From the IMG/VR virus record IMGVR_UViG_3300013823_000004: a stretch of 36,881 nucleotides of DNA; one strand, 5' to 3'. The stretch's first letter is position 1. The number at the start of each line of letters is the position of its first letter. Position numbers and translations under genes: made by a program. Shown piece after piece: positions 19,340 through 27,643 of this stretch. This DNA is from an uncultured virus (IMG/VR IMGVR_UViG_3300013823_000004) (Duplodnaviria; Heunggongvirae; Uroviricota; Caudoviricetes). Below the pieces are notes generated by a model. That model was given only the letters and a program-made list of their open reading frames with translations. It did no database searches and was not told where the DNA came from.

Positions 19340-19420
19340 CAGCCCGGGAAAAAAACCTCTGCGTGCGGGGACAGGTGGTTTCCCAGACACAGGAGTGCCC
19401 AAGATTTACCCACCCCCCAT
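19340..19420 (-). other. Probable cos packaging site region
   Basis: Intergenic gap between HNH and terS, the usual cos position; G-run then GGAAAC-CACCTGTCCC-CGCACGCAGAG; cut site inferred only. Confidence 0.5.
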
Positions 19421-19430
19421 GCGTGGAACG

Positions 19431-19751
19431 TCAGCGACGTGGAACGCCGCCCCCTGCCTGACGGAGGTCTACCCTCGTCTTGGCCTTGTGGCACTCGATG
19501 CAGCGCACCCTGCTGTTCTCGTCGGTGTCCTGGCCTCCATTGACCAGTGCCACCTCGTGATCCAGTTCGAACCCGTCCGGATAGCGGGTCTCCTGATTGC
19601 AGTCGCTGCACCGAGGATCCGCCGCCCAGATGCGTAGGCGCCTGGCCTGAAGCTGGCGTCCGGTGATGCGCCGCTCGCTCGGTGTGGGCGCCAGTGCCAA
19701 CCGACTGACAGCAGGCTTGAGCCGCGGTGGCAGCGTCTTGAGCCTGCCCAT
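19431..19751 (-). CDS. HNH endonuclease (terminase cofactor, HK97 gp74-like)
   Basis: CxxC...ELDH..AL..GG.D..EN...CxxCH..KT. Confidence 0.92.
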   Translation of the reverse strand: MGRLKTLPPRLKPAVSRLALAPTPSERRITGRQLQARRLRIWAADPRCSDCNQETRYPDGFELDHEVALVNGGQDTDENSRVRCIECHKAKTRVDLRQAGGGVPRR

Positions 19752-19841
19752 CAGGCCCTCCCGCTGGTGCGGAAATCGCGGAAGTGGAATGCCCAGCCTT
19801 CTGCGCCGACGATTGCCCCATCACAACGGGACTTCACCAAC

Positions 19842-19946
19842 ATGGACATCAACATCACCATCATTCTCTCCGGCCCGGTCGCCGCTGTTGCGGTCCTTGC
19901 CCTGTACCGGCTCGCTCGCTCACCTCGACGGCGCACCCGGCGCTGA
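19842..19946 (+). CDS. 34-aa single-pass membrane peptide, antisense to Rz
   Basis: MDINITIILSGPVAAVAVLALYRLARSPRRRTRR; GGGA upstream; C-ending codons in the 5' half. Confidence 0.5.
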   Translation: MDINITIILSGPVAAVAVLALYRLARSPRRRTRR

Positions 19947-20487
19947 CCATGGCCCGCCTGGTGTCGATCAGTTCCTGCTGGAGCCACCGGATCCATGCGT
20001 CGGCGCGGTCGCCTCCCGCAACAAGATGCGTCGCGCCTGCCCACCGAAGTTCGGCGGCAGCATCTTGTCCTCTGGCAATGGCCGTAGCTCCACCGGCGCC
20101 TGCTCCGGGCGCAGCACAGGCCCACTCTGGCCGCAGCTGCACAGTGCCGCGGCGCAGAGCAGCGGCAAGATCACGTTCGGCACGGTTCGCATCGTTGAGG
20201 GCCTTCTGGTAGCGGGTGTCGTTCTCGTGCCGGCTCTGGGCCAGCTTCTCGGATGCAGCGCGCGCCTTGGCAGCCACGGCGGCGGTGGCGTCTGCCAGCT
20301 GCTGCAGCGTCGCCGCGTGCTGCGCGTTCTCGGCCGCGCGCGCCTTGACCTCGGCGGTGTACTCGCCCTTCCAGTGCGAGCCACCCCAGCGGTAGCCCAT
20401 CACCACCAGCAGGACGGCCAGCAGAGCTATCGCACCCCAGCGAATCAGGTCGGCGTAGGGACGCAGCGGGTCTATGGAGATGCTCAT
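19861..20487 (-). CDS. Rz: Inner-membrane spanin
   Basis: N-terminal TM helix (WGAIALLAVLLVVMGY), Ala-rich coiled coil, AD..IR.LQ motif. Confidence 0.85.
   Translation of the reverse strand: MSISIDPLRPYADLIRWGAIALLAVLLVVMGYRWGGSHWKGEYTAEVKARAAENAQHAATLQQLADATAAVAAKARAASEKLAQSRHENDTRYQKALNDANRAERDLAAALRRGTVQLRPEWACAAPGAGAGGATAIARGQDAAAELRWAGATHLVAGGDRADAWIRWLQQELIDTRRAMVSAGCAVEVSERAGTGQGPQQRRPGRRE
19968..20192 (-). CDS. Rz1: Outer-membrane spanin lipoprotein embedded in Rz
   Basis: MRTVPNVILPLLCAAALCSC lipoprotein-type signal, Pro-rich mature part, alternative frame inside Rz. Confidence 0.75.
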   Translation of the reverse strand: MRTVPNVILPLLCAAALCSCGQSGPVLRPEQAPVELRPLPEDKMLPPNFGGQARRILLREATAPTHGSGGSSRN

Positions 20488-20792
20488 CAGTCGCTCCCGC
20501 CTGCGCGGATCGTGTCGCTGTCCAGGTCGAACGGCGGCGGCTCGATGCCAGATCCGCGCATCAGCCCCTCCAGCCTGTAGATGTGCCGGATCATCCGGCC
20601 CTCGCGTGCTTCCAGGGAGCCGACGCGCGCGCCCAGCCGCGCGATCTCGTCCCGCATCAGCTGGATTACATCCACCTCGGCGCCTTGGCGGGCGTTCTCC
20701 ACCACCTGCTTCCGCCACCACAGCCCAACACCGCCGGCGCCCAGCACCAAGCCGCCGACGGCCGTTCCGATGGCCTGCCAGTCCACGGCCAT
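20487..20792 (-). CDS. Putative holin (single N-terminal TM plus coiled coil)
   Basis: Between endolysin and Rz, coupled on both sides by TGATG; Gly-rich TM followed by WWRK. Confidence 0.55.
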   Translation of the reverse strand: MAVDWQAIGTAVGGLVLGAGGVGLWWRKQVVENARQGAEVDVIQLMRDEIARLGARVGSLEAREGRMIRHIYRLEGLMRGSGIEPPPFDLDSDTIRAGGSD

Positions 20793-21421
20793 CAGCCGAA
20801 CACCTTCAACGCCGCCGCGTAACGGGCATTCCGGTCTGCGGCGCCGTTCTGGCCGCCGTTGATCCGGGTCGTGATCTTGCGGAAGTCGCCGACGTCAGCC
20901 AGGTCGTTGAGGCTGCGCGCTGCCCAGAAGGCACCGGCCGCCAGTGCGCCCCATTTCGGATCGGCCAGCAGGTCCGGAGACAGTTCGAAGTCCGGAACCT
21001 GCCGCCCGGTCTCCCGCAGCGCGTCGCGGATCGCCGCGTAGTTGGCCCGGCCGGTGATCTGGATGGGGCCACGGCCGCGGTAGCGCCAGCCGTCGCCGCT
21101 CGCCTCGTCGCCGTTGCCCATACGGTTGGCGTAGGCGTGGTTGGCGATGCGCTCCGGCTTGCGCGCAAGCTGCTCGGCTAGCTCGTGGGTGAAGCGGTTG
21201 GGCCAGGTAGCCAGCAGGCCAGCGGCCGAGTAGTTCAGGTTCTCCACCACCAGCGACAGGCCGGCCGACTCGTGCCCAAGCTGCGCCAGGAACGCGGCAA
21301 TGCGCTTGGGCGAGTTGATCTCGAAGGCGCTGCAGGTGTCGCGCAGCGGGGTCTCCCAGCGGGCCGCAGTTGATGCGGAGCATCCAACCGCCTGCTCAAT
21401 TTGTCGGGCGGTGGGAAGCAT
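20792..21421 (-). CDS. Endolysin, glycoside hydrolase family 19
   Basis: AAFLAQ.GHES, ENLNYS, YANRMGNG, DGWRYRGRG.IQITGR.NY, IT.RINGG.NG..DR. Confidence 0.95.
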   Translation of the reverse strand: MLPTARQIEQAVGCSASTAARWETPLRDTCSAFEINSPKRIAAFLAQLGHESAGLSLVVENLNYSAAGLLATWPNRFTHELAEQLARKPERIANHAYANRMGNGDEASGDGWRYRGRGPIQITGRANYAAIRDALRETGRQVPDFELSPDLLADPKWGALAAGAFWAARSLNDLADVGDFRKITTRINGGQNGAADRNARYAAALKVFG

Positions 21422-21555
21422 CGCTATCTCCAATAGAGCGCCCGCCGCGCCCCGGGGACGGAGGAAACCCGGGCGGTACGGCGCGGCAGGCAATAGGTGC
21501 CCGTCACCGCAGCCCGGCAGGCTTCGATGATTGGTCCGGTGAGGGTGGACGGGCG

Positions 21556-21590
21556 GAAACGAAGAAGCCCCGGCTTTCGGCCAGGGCTTC
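21556..21590 (-). terminator. tR'-like terminator downstream of the late promoter
   Basis: GAAGCCCTGGC-CGAAA-GCCGGGGCTTC then TTCGTTTC. Confidence 0.7.
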
Positions 21591-21616
21591 AGGTACAATT
21601 ATTGACGGTCGCAGAA

Positions 21617-21645
21617 ATGGTGGGTTTGCGTGTGCAACTTGTCAA
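21617..21645 (-). promoter_or_regulatory. Late promoter (pR'-like)
   Basis: TTGACA-17 nt-CACCAT upstream of the terminator and lysis genes, downstream of the Q-like gene. Confidence 0.65.
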
Positions 21646-21890
21646 GCGTTGCGAAATCCTACGGTGATCATCACCAGCGGAATGCCCTCGGCAGACGGTG
21701 GGCAGTGAAAGCTCTCGTAGACGCGCTCAGTACCAAATTTCCAAGCATCGAACTCGCCTCGCCATGAGTTTGGGTCCGCCTCGCTCTTTCTGACAAACCA
21801 GCTCAACGAAAAGAACCGGCGGAGTCCACCGCCGTCCGCCTTCTCCCAGTGCTCATCTGGAATGTCGTTCAGCCATTCGAAGTTCGCCAC
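21642..21890 (-). CDS. Hypothetical 82-aa Trp-rich protein (accessory)
   Basis: GTG start after a G-rich RBS; fills the gap between Q and the late promoter; more AT-rich codons. Confidence 0.55.
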   Translation of the reverse strand: MANFEWLNDIPDEHWEKADGGGLRRFFSLSWFVRKSEADPNSWRGEFDAWKFGTERVYESFHCPPSAEGIPLVMITVGFRNA

Positions 21891-21905
21891 ACTACCCCCC
21901 GGGGG

Positions 21906-22439
21906 TCAAGCGGCGATCCTGCCGCCCAGCCAGTCTAACCCGCGCTGCAGCTCACGTCGGTACTGCCAGACCGACAGAGCGCCACCGTAGGCTTCCGCCA
22001 CCATCCGCGCCTTGACCGCCTGGCTGGCCGAGACCGTGTATTCGGTCCGAAGTACCATCGCGCGCAGCAGGTTCTGGCGCTCCATCGCCACCAGCGCCGA
22101 CTCCACCCATCGCAGGTTGTCGGGGATGCCTTGGTCGACGGCAATCTCCGCGTTGTCGTGAGGCCGATCAGCATCGTTGGTCGACCGGATGGGGTCCACG
22201 GCCCAGGTGGGCAGCACGTGCATGGCGTCGACGCCGCACCGCTGACCCATGAAGCGCCGGCGACTGATCCCATCCCTTCCAACCAGGTCGCGCAGCGCCC
22301 GCTCCATGGTCCCCGGGGCGAAGTCCCGGGCCTTGTCCAGCACATGCACACTGCGGTCGGCACGCGACAGCGCGTAGCGGTTGGCCTGGGCATATCCCCA
22401 TGCCCGCAGCGCCTGCACGGTGGGATCTTCATTGCGCAT
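21906..22439 (-). CDS. Putative late antiterminator (Q-like)
   Basis: Last nin-region gene before the late promoter; L.AWG N-terminus and HTH-like C-terminus (Y.R.L..G..WL). Confidence 0.6.
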   Translation of the reverse strand: MRNEDPTVQALRAWGYAQANRYALSRADRSVHVLDKARDFAPGTMERALRDLVGRDGISRRRFMGQRCGVDAMHVLPTWAVDPIRSTNDADRPHDNAEIAVDQGIPDNLRWVESALVAMERQNLLRAMVLRTEYTVSASQAVKARMVAEAYGGALSVWQYRRELQRGLDWLGGRIAA

Positions 22440-22641
22440 CGCGCAGTTCCTCCATTACTTCGTGGTCCAGCCGGAACGCCGGCAGCTTCCCGTCGATCGC
22501 ACATGCACCCTGCCTGTCAGGCTGGCGCTGGCAGTGGAACGTCCCGTCGCTCAGCTCGCGGAACTGACAGACAGAGCAGCGCCCATGGCGACGGACCCGG
22601 GCTCGATAGCGCTTCCACATGCGGGCTACTGCGTCGGTCAA
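22429..22641 (-). CDS. Small Cys-rich hypothetical protein
   Basis: TTG start overlapping the upstream stop; CxxC...C...C; overlaps the next start. Confidence 0.6.
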   Translation of the reverse strand: MTDAVARMWKRYRARVRRHGRCSVCQFRELSDGTFHCQRQPDRQGACAIDGKLPAFRLDHEVMEELRDAQ

Positions 22642-23153
22642 GCGGCCACCCCACTGGCCAGGCGCTGTTCCCCGTACAGGGCAATCAGCAGGGCATCGGC
22701 CCGGCCGTTGTCCTTCTTCCGCTTCAGTTCGGCCGCCACGGTGGGGAACCGCTGGATCGCCAGCACCCGGGACGCATCCTTGGGCTGGCCGGTCAGGCCG
22801 AACTGACGCTTCCAACTGGCCGGCTCGGCGCGGGTGTACGGGATGCCCAGCAGCTCCAGCACCGCCTTGGCCTTGCCGTAGTGGTCGCCGAAGTTGAACG
22901 ACGACTGCGCGCCAGCCCTCCGCTCGCCGTCCTTGGGCGGCATCGCCCGGACGCGCTCAATGACCGCCGACACCGAGGCGCCAGGGTGCAGGTCACGAGC
23001 GGCGCGGATGAACAGCGCCACCTGCCGGGCATCCACCTCCCTGTCCTCGCCCAGCAGCGGCATGTCGATGATCGGGCCAGCCTCGCCGTCGGCCAGCACA
23101 GCGATAGCCCCAGAAATTCCCGGGTCGATCCCGAAGGTCAGGCGACTTGCCAT
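22638..23153 (-). CDS. RuvC-like Holliday junction resolvase
   Basis: GIDPG.SGAIA, VIE.V, F.FG..YG, P..WK, RADALLIA. Confidence 0.85.
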   Translation of the reverse strand: MASRLTFGIDPGISGAIAVLADGEAGPIIDMPLLGEDREVDARQVALFIRAARDLHPGASVSAVIERVRAMPPKDGERRAGAQSSFNFGDHYGKAKAVLELLGIPYTRAEPASWKRQFGLTGQPKDASRVLAIQRFPTVAAELKRKKDNGRADALLIALYGEQRLASGVAA

Positions 23154-23521
23154 GCACGCGTCCTCAGTTGGTGCTGCTCGATCAGGGTGTTCTGGAGGTC
23201 CAGCAGGTAGTCGTCGCTGCCGATCTCCTGCCGGAACCGGCGCGGTTGCTTGGCATAGGAAGGGCCGAACAGGCGCTCGCAGGTGTCAGCCGACATGCCG
23301 CCGAAGGGCTCGCCGCGGTGGCTCCACGGGTTCAGGCCCACGGTGAAGTCGTGGCCGCGCCGCTTGGCGCCGTGCTTACCGCCGATGGTCAGGTGGTGAA
23401 CCTCGCAGGGGACATGCCCGAGGCCCAGCGAGTGCGCGACGATGCAGCCGATCTCGCGGATCGCGTCCATGCGCTGCTGCTGCGCGCGCGTCGGGGTGGT
23501 GGTGGAACGGCCGCGGCGCAT
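23138..23521 (-). CDS. Ref-like/HNH-type nin-region nuclease
   Basis: GCIV...EVHH...R.GH.FT..L.PW.H.G...F....GS...LL. Confidence 0.7.
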   Translation of the reverse strand: MRRGRSTTTPTRAQQQRMDAIREIGCIVAHSLGLGHVPCEVHHLTIGGKHGAKRRGHDFTVGLNPWSHRGEPFGGMSADTCERLFGPSYAKQPRRFRQEIGSDDYLLDLQNTLIEQHQLRTRAWQVA

Positions 23522-23766
23522 CAAGCCCCCTCCTGCATTTTCTGCAATGCAGCGAGCATCGCCACGCGCGTGAATGCCACCTTCGTGGCTTTGCTGATAG
23601 CCATCAGGGTGGCGAGTCGCGGGTTGAAGGTCCGGCCGTGCTCGAGCTCGAACAGGGCCACCTTCGAGACGCCCGACAGCTTGGCGAACTGATCGAGCGA
23701 GTAGCGGTTGTCTCTCCGCCATTGCCTCAGCCACTGTCCGAACTGCCCGGTTGCTGGCTTCGCCAT
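23521..23766 (-). CDS. XRE-family HTH protein
   Basis: LRQWR....SL..FAKLSGVSK..L..LEHG...NP.L.TL..I; coupled on both sides. Confidence 0.85.
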   Translation of the reverse strand: MAKPATGQFGQWLRQWRRDNRYSLDQFAKLSGVSKVALFELEHGRTFNPRLATLMAISKATKVAFTRVAMLAALQKMQEGA

Positions 23767-24221
23767 CACGCCACCCTCCGCGGCTGCTCGCCGTAGTCCC
23801 GATACCGCGGCTCGTTGAGCCGCACGCCGTTCTCCACGGCCCAGGCCTGCGCGAAGGTGATCAGGTCCGCCATGTCGCCAACGGACATCGTCCGGGTCTG
23901 CACGGCCAGGTTCACCACGCTGGCGCCGTCCAGCGACGGCACGATGTCGCCCTGCTGTCGGCTCTCGGTGCGCGCCCAGGCGTCGACCAGCAGGCGCTTC
24001 CAGCCCTCCTTGTCGATCCAGCGGCCGGCCCACTGCCTCTGCTGGGCGATGTCCTCGCAGATGGCGTGGAGCATTGCGTTCTGCTCCAGGCTGCGGGTGG
24101 ACTTGCACTCCTTGACCTCGACGCGGACGGCCCGGCCAAGCTCCAGGTACTGGCAGGCAAAGCGCCAGGCCGCGGCCATGCGGTCCCGGGCGTTCTCGGC
24201 CCGGAGGATGAAGGTACTCAT
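23766..24221 (-). CDS. ninB: NinB/Orf recombination protein
   Basis: RSLEQNA.LHA...DIA.Q..W.G...WK.L...VP.LDG...T..M....M.DLI. Confidence 0.88.
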   Translation of the reverse strand: MSTFILRAENARDRMAAAWRFACQYLELGRAVRVEVKECKSTRSLEQNAMLHAICEDIAQQRQWAGRWIDKEGWKRLLVDAWARTESRQQGDIVPSLDGASVVNLAVQTRTMSVGDMADLITFAQAWAVENGVRLNEPRYRDYGEQPRRVA

Positions 24222-25714
24222 TGGTCACCTGCCCTTGCCGCTGCGGCCGTGGTCTTCATCCGGCCGAAGCCGGCCGCCTTCGCGGGCTTGTCGGGGGTAG
24301 TGGCGATGGGCGCCGGCTGCCAGTACTCCGGCAGGTTGGAGAACCGGAACTGCTCGGGCTGGTACAGCACACGCACGTCACCGGACGGGCCGTTGCGCTG
24401 GATGCCAACGATCAACTCGGCCGTGCCGCGGTAGCGGGTGTGCCGGTCGTAGATCTCGTCGCGGTAGATGAACACCACGGCGTCGGCGTCCTGCTCGATG
24501 GACCCTGAGTCGCGCAGGTCCGAGACAATGGGTCGCTTGTCGGGCCGCTTCTCCAGGTCCCGGTTGAGCTGGGACAGCAGCAGCACCGGCACCTTCAACT
24601 CGGCCGCCATCAGCTTCAGCGCCCGGGTGATCTCGCCGATGCCGGCCGCACGGTTGTCTCCCACCACGGTCATCAGCTGCAGGTAGTCGATCACCACCAG
24701 GCCCAGCGGGTTGCGGGCATGCTGCCGGCGCACCTGCGCCACGACATGCTCCACGCGGGCATTGCGCGGACGGCTCACGAAGATGGCGGCCTCGCGCAGC
24801 CGCTTCATCGCACGGGTGACGTTGCTCCAGTCGTTGTCGTCCAGCTCGCCCGAGCGGATCCGCTGGCCATCGATCCCGCCGATGCTCGCCAGCATGCGAT
24901 CGCCCAGTTCCTCGGGCTGCATCTCGAAGCTGAAAACCGCCACGGCCTTGTGCTGCTGCAGCGCCACCCACTCGGCGATGTTCTGCGCCAGCGTAGTCTT
25001 GCCCATCTTCGGGCGCGCTGCCAGGACGTACAGCCCACCAGGCTGCAGGCCGCCCAGCAGTGCATCCAGGTCCGTGATGCCCGTGGACAGCCCGTGCACC
25101 TGGGTGCCGGCGGTGGCGCGCTCGGACAGGCGGTCGTAGACCCGCTGCATCACCGGTGCGACCGACTCCAGCTCGCACGGCTCGCTGTCCAGCAACCCAC
25201 CGATGCGGCTCTGGGCCTCGCCCACCAGCTCCACGCTGCTGCGGCCGTCCGGCGCGAAGCCGTCGTTCACCATGGCCGTGCCGACCTCGATCAGCTGCCG
25301 CAACCTGGCCTTGTCGGCCACGATCTCGGCATAGGCCCGGATGTTCGCCGCCGACGGCGTGGTGCTGGCCAGCTCCAGCAGGTAGGCACCCTCGCCCACC
25401 TGGTCCAGCTTGCCGCGGGACTCGAACCACTCGCCGATGGTCACCGCGTCGAAGGGCTGTTCCTTGGCCGCCAGTTCGGCGATGGCCCGGAAAATCAGCT
25501 GGTGGTCGCGGCGGTAGAAGTCCTCGGCCGTCACCACGTCCGCCACGTTCCACCAGGCCCGCGCCACCAGCATCAGCCCGCCCAGCACGGCCTGCTCGGC
25601 GTCGATGCTGTGCGGGGGAACACGGGCGCCCTGCGGTGCCGCGGAATCCTTGGCGCTGCCGTACAGAGCCGCCAGCCGTTCCATCTCGCCCTGGGTGTCG
25701 ATCGGTGCGCTCAT
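24218..25714 (-). CDS. dnaB: Replicative DNA helicase
   Basis: PPHS.DAEQAVLG, AARPKMGKT, FSFEM, VVIDYLQL, LSQLNR, DLRDSGSIEQDAD, QRNGP.G. Confidence 0.96.
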   Translation of the reverse strand: MSAPIDTQGEMERLAALYGSAKDSAAPQGARVPPHSIDAEQAVLGGLMLVARAWWNVADVVTAEDFYRRDHQLIFRAIAELAAKEQPFDAVTIGEWFESRGKLDQVGEGAYLLELASTTPSAANIRAYAEIVADKARLRQLIEVGTAMVNDGFAPDGRSSVELVGEAQSRIGGLLDSEPCELESVAPVMQRVYDRLSERATAGTQVHGLSTGITDLDALLGGLQPGGLYVLAARPKMGKTTLAQNIAEWVALQQHKAVAVFSFEMQPEELGDRMLASIGGIDGQRIRSGELDDNDWSNVTRAMKRLREAAIFVSRPRNARVEHVVAQVRRQHARNPLGLVVIDYLQLMTVVGDNRAAGIGEITRALKLMAAELKVPVLLLSQLNRDLEKRPDKRPIVSDLRDSGSIEQDADAVVFIYRDEIYDRHTRYRGTAELIVGIQRNGPSGDVRVLYQPEQFRFSNLPEYWQPAPIATTPDKPAKAAGFGRMKTTAAAARAGDQ

Positions 25715-26535
25715 GCCGCATCCCCCAGCGCGGTCACGGCCTGGTCCATGATCTGCGCGAAGCGGTCTTCGGCCAGCAGCACGTCCAGGTTCTGCTTCCA
25801 CCGCGGATTGTTCGGGTTCGGCACGTCGCCGCGCAGCCACGGGTCAGCGGCGCACTGCTCGAAGTAGGCCTGCCAGAAGGCCGCGGCGTCGTACTCCCAG
25901 CCCAACTGCCGGCACAGCTGGCGGGCCAGCTTGTCCGCGGCCAGCACCCGCCGCTGGCGTTTCGGGTTCAGCACCACGATGCGCTGGCAGCTCGGCAGCA
26001 GCTGGTGGTAGGCAGCCAGTACGATCTCGGCCGTCTTGCCGCCAGGGTGCGGATGCACGGTTGCGGCTTGCGGGGCGTCCGGCAGCAGGTCGACGGCGTC
26101 GGCCGGCGGCTGCAAATCCGAACGAAGTGAGGATTGCTCTCCTCCCTTCCCTTCCCCTCCATTCCACTCCGGGGGTGAGGGCTCGTCGAGCGCTCGCCGA
26201 GCATCAGCAGAGAAAGGCGGATGCTTGTACGTCGGCTTGTCGATTTTCTGGTGCTTCTTCCAGCCAGTGACGTGCAGGAATTCCTTGGAATCGCTGGTAT
26301 AGAAGGCGATCAGGCCATTCGACGAAAGCTCGTCGAGCAGTCCCTGAACATCCACCGAGGAAATGTCGTCACCGGGGAAGATTTCAGCCTTGATCGTCTT
26401 GGCACTGGCCACGTGGTTGCCGGCGTCGTCGCAGAAATTCCACAGGCCGATGAACATCAGCCGAGCCATCGGCGAGCATTCCATCACCTGCTCGCTGGAC
26501 CAGAACTCGGGCTTCACGGATCGAATCCTGGCCAT
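25711..26535 (-). CDS. Replication initiator (O-like)
   Basis: MARIRSVKPEFW...ARL.FIGLWNF.DD.G...W.KHQKI winged-helix N-terminus; upstream of DnaB. Confidence 0.85.
   Translation of the reverse strand: MARIRSVKPEFWSSEQVMECSPMARLMFIGLWNFCDDAGNHVASAKTIKAEIFPGDDISSVDVQGLLDELSSNGLIAFYTSDSKEFLHVTGWKKHQKIDKPTYKHPPFSADARRALDEPSPPEWNGGEGKGGEQSSLRSDLQPPADAVDLLPDAPQAATVHPHPGGKTAEIVLAAYHQLLPSCQRIVVLNPKRQRRVLAADKLARQLCRQLGWEYDAAAFWQAYFEQCAADPWLRGDVPNPNNPRWKQNLDVLLAEDRFAQIMDQAVTALGDAA
26138..26202. repeat. Putative replication origin repeats inside the initiator gene
   Basis: Tandem near-palindromes GCTCGTCGAGC/GCTCGCCGAGC (26181-26202; another copy 26328-26338) beside a pentameric polypyrimidine tract. 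Confidence 0.45.
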
Positions 26536-26630
26536 CACGCACCCCGCAACAGCTGCAGGCAGCCGGCGATGTGCCAGCGCTGCTGGACCAGCCAGATGAC
26601 CCTTTCCAGGGGATCGGTCATGTACTTCAT
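26535..26630 (-). CDS. 31-aa hypothetical peptide
   Basis: MKYMTDPLERVIWLVQQRWHIAGCLQLLRGA; ATGA overlap with cII stop, TGATG overlap with initiator start. Confidence 0.55.
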   Translation of the reverse strand: MKYMTDPLERVIWLVQQRWHIAGCLQLLRGA

Positions 26631-26989
26631 GCGGCCGTCCTCATCAGCGCGGCCAGGCGCTGCACGTCGCTGACGCCGTCCAGGGCGCGCTGCAGGTCCA
26701 GATACTGCCGCAGAAGGTTGGTGCCAGTGGCGGCGCACAGCGGGCCGATCAGGCGGTGCGGGATCGGCGCGGAGCCGGTCTGCATCCGCGACACGTAGCT
26801 GCGGCTGCGCCCGATGCAGGCCGCCACGTAGTCCAGCTTGTGCCCACCGGCAGCGATGGACACCGCCAGCGCCTGGGCCTCGCTCTCGATCTGCCGAACG
26901 ACCTTGGCCGGGGCATTGGCCGGTGCCTTGTGCATCCCGAACGCGAGCGGCAAAGGCCTTTGGTTGCAGGAGGTTTCATGAAGTTTCAT
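26627..26989 (-). CDS. CII-like HTH regulator
   Basis: HTH (LDYVAACIGRSRSYVSRM..G); GGAG RBS; between cro and the initiator. Confidence 0.7.
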   Translation of the reverse strand: MKLHETSCNQRPLPLAFGMHKAPANAPAKVVRQIESEAQALAVSIAAGGHKLDYVAACIGRSRSYVSRMQTGSAPIPHRLIGPLCAATGTNLLRQYLDLQRALDGVSDVQRLAALMRTAA

Positions 26990-26998
26990 AGCGTTTAA
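26963..26998 (+). promoter_or_regulatory. Phased direct repeats, candidate CII site of a pRE-like promoter
   Basis: GTTGCA, GTTTCA, GTTTCA, GTTTAA at exact 10-bp period over the cII start. Confidence 0.5.
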
Positions 26999-27046
26999 CT
27001 CCGCCTCGGGGCGAAATAAAGGCCCAGCCCCGAAGGACCGAGCCGC

Positions 27047-27217
27047 GTGGATTCAGTGAAGGAATGCCCGACCGTCGTGACGCTCGTGCGGATGTGCGGC
27101 CGGCTCTACGCCGTGAGTCGCCGCGGTGATCGCGTGGCCGTGCGCTTCATCCCGAAGCGCGAACTGCAGCGCCCCACCAGGCCCGGCGTGGTCGTGCCGT
27201 TCCCGGGGAGCCGCTGA
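27047..27217 (+). CDS. 56-aa hypothetical protein, antisense to the pR operon
   Basis: AAGGA RBS, GTG start, MDSVKECPTVVTLVRMCGRLYAV...VVVPFPGSR; GC-ending codons. Confidence 0.55.
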   Translation: MDSVKECPTVVTLVRMCGRLYAVSRRGDRVAVRFIPKRELQRPTRPGVVVPFPGSR

Positions 27218-27293
27218 GTGGTCAGGGGGATAGGCGCCCGCCTGCCGGTAGGATTGGGGGTGCGAACCAACCCAACCGCTACCGGAGACGGAC

Positions 27294-27527
27294 ATGGAAA
27301 AACTGAAAGTGCTGACTGTGGTGTTCAGGACACCCGGCGACATCCGATTTGGAGAGATGGTCTTCATCGACGATCAGCCCCATCTCGTTTGGGACTGGGA
27401 GGGCGATCAGCCCCTGACGATGACTCCACTCGACCCGCAGTACCTGACAACCGCGGCAGACCAAGTGCCGCCCGGAGCAGACGCTGCGTACAGCCGAGAA
27501 GTCGAAGACCCGCGAAAGCTGCTGTAG
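27294..27527 (+). CDS. 77-aa acidic hypothetical protein, antisense to the pR operon
   Basis: GGAG RBS; protein-like composition. Confidence 0.7.
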   Translation: MEKLKVLTVVFRTPGDIRFGEMVFIDDQPHLVWDWEGDQPLTMTPLDPQYLTTAADQVPPGADAAYSREVEDPRKLL

Positions 27528-27642
27528 CGGTCCTGCGGTGGCCGTTGCGCATGGCCCAGCAACACACGCGCCACACGACGCTGAGCGAGCGCGGAAGCGC
27601 GCAGACGACCTGCGTTCCTTCCCGGCGGATAGGGGTGGCCAT
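27364..27642 (-). CDS. Hypothetical protein; its C-terminal half overlaps the antisense gene
   Basis: ATG 1 nt after the upstream stop; G-rich RBS. Confidence 0.4.
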   Translation of the reverse strand: MATPIRREGTQVVCALPRSLSVVWRVCCWAMRNGHRRTATAAFAGLRLLGCTQRLLRAALGLPRLSGTAGRVESSSGADRPPSPKRDGADRR

Positions 27643-27643
27643 G

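Noticed and set aside
21430..21560. Possible tRNA after the late promoter
   Set aside because: No T-loop GTTCRA or cloverleaf found; kept only as a structured leader
5847..25840. N-terminal extensions in the ORF track (starts 6872, 9856, 11998, 13045, 18958, 21598, 25840)
   Set aside because: They overlap upstream genes or terminators; RBS and stop/start coupling support the shorter starts
596..26130. Many long plus-strand ORFs opposite the late and replication genes (e.g. 596..1999, 2260..3909, 16329..17753, 24719..25867)
   Set aside because: Shadow frames of GC-rich genes; Arg/Pro/Gly-rich, no motifs, no RBS or coupling
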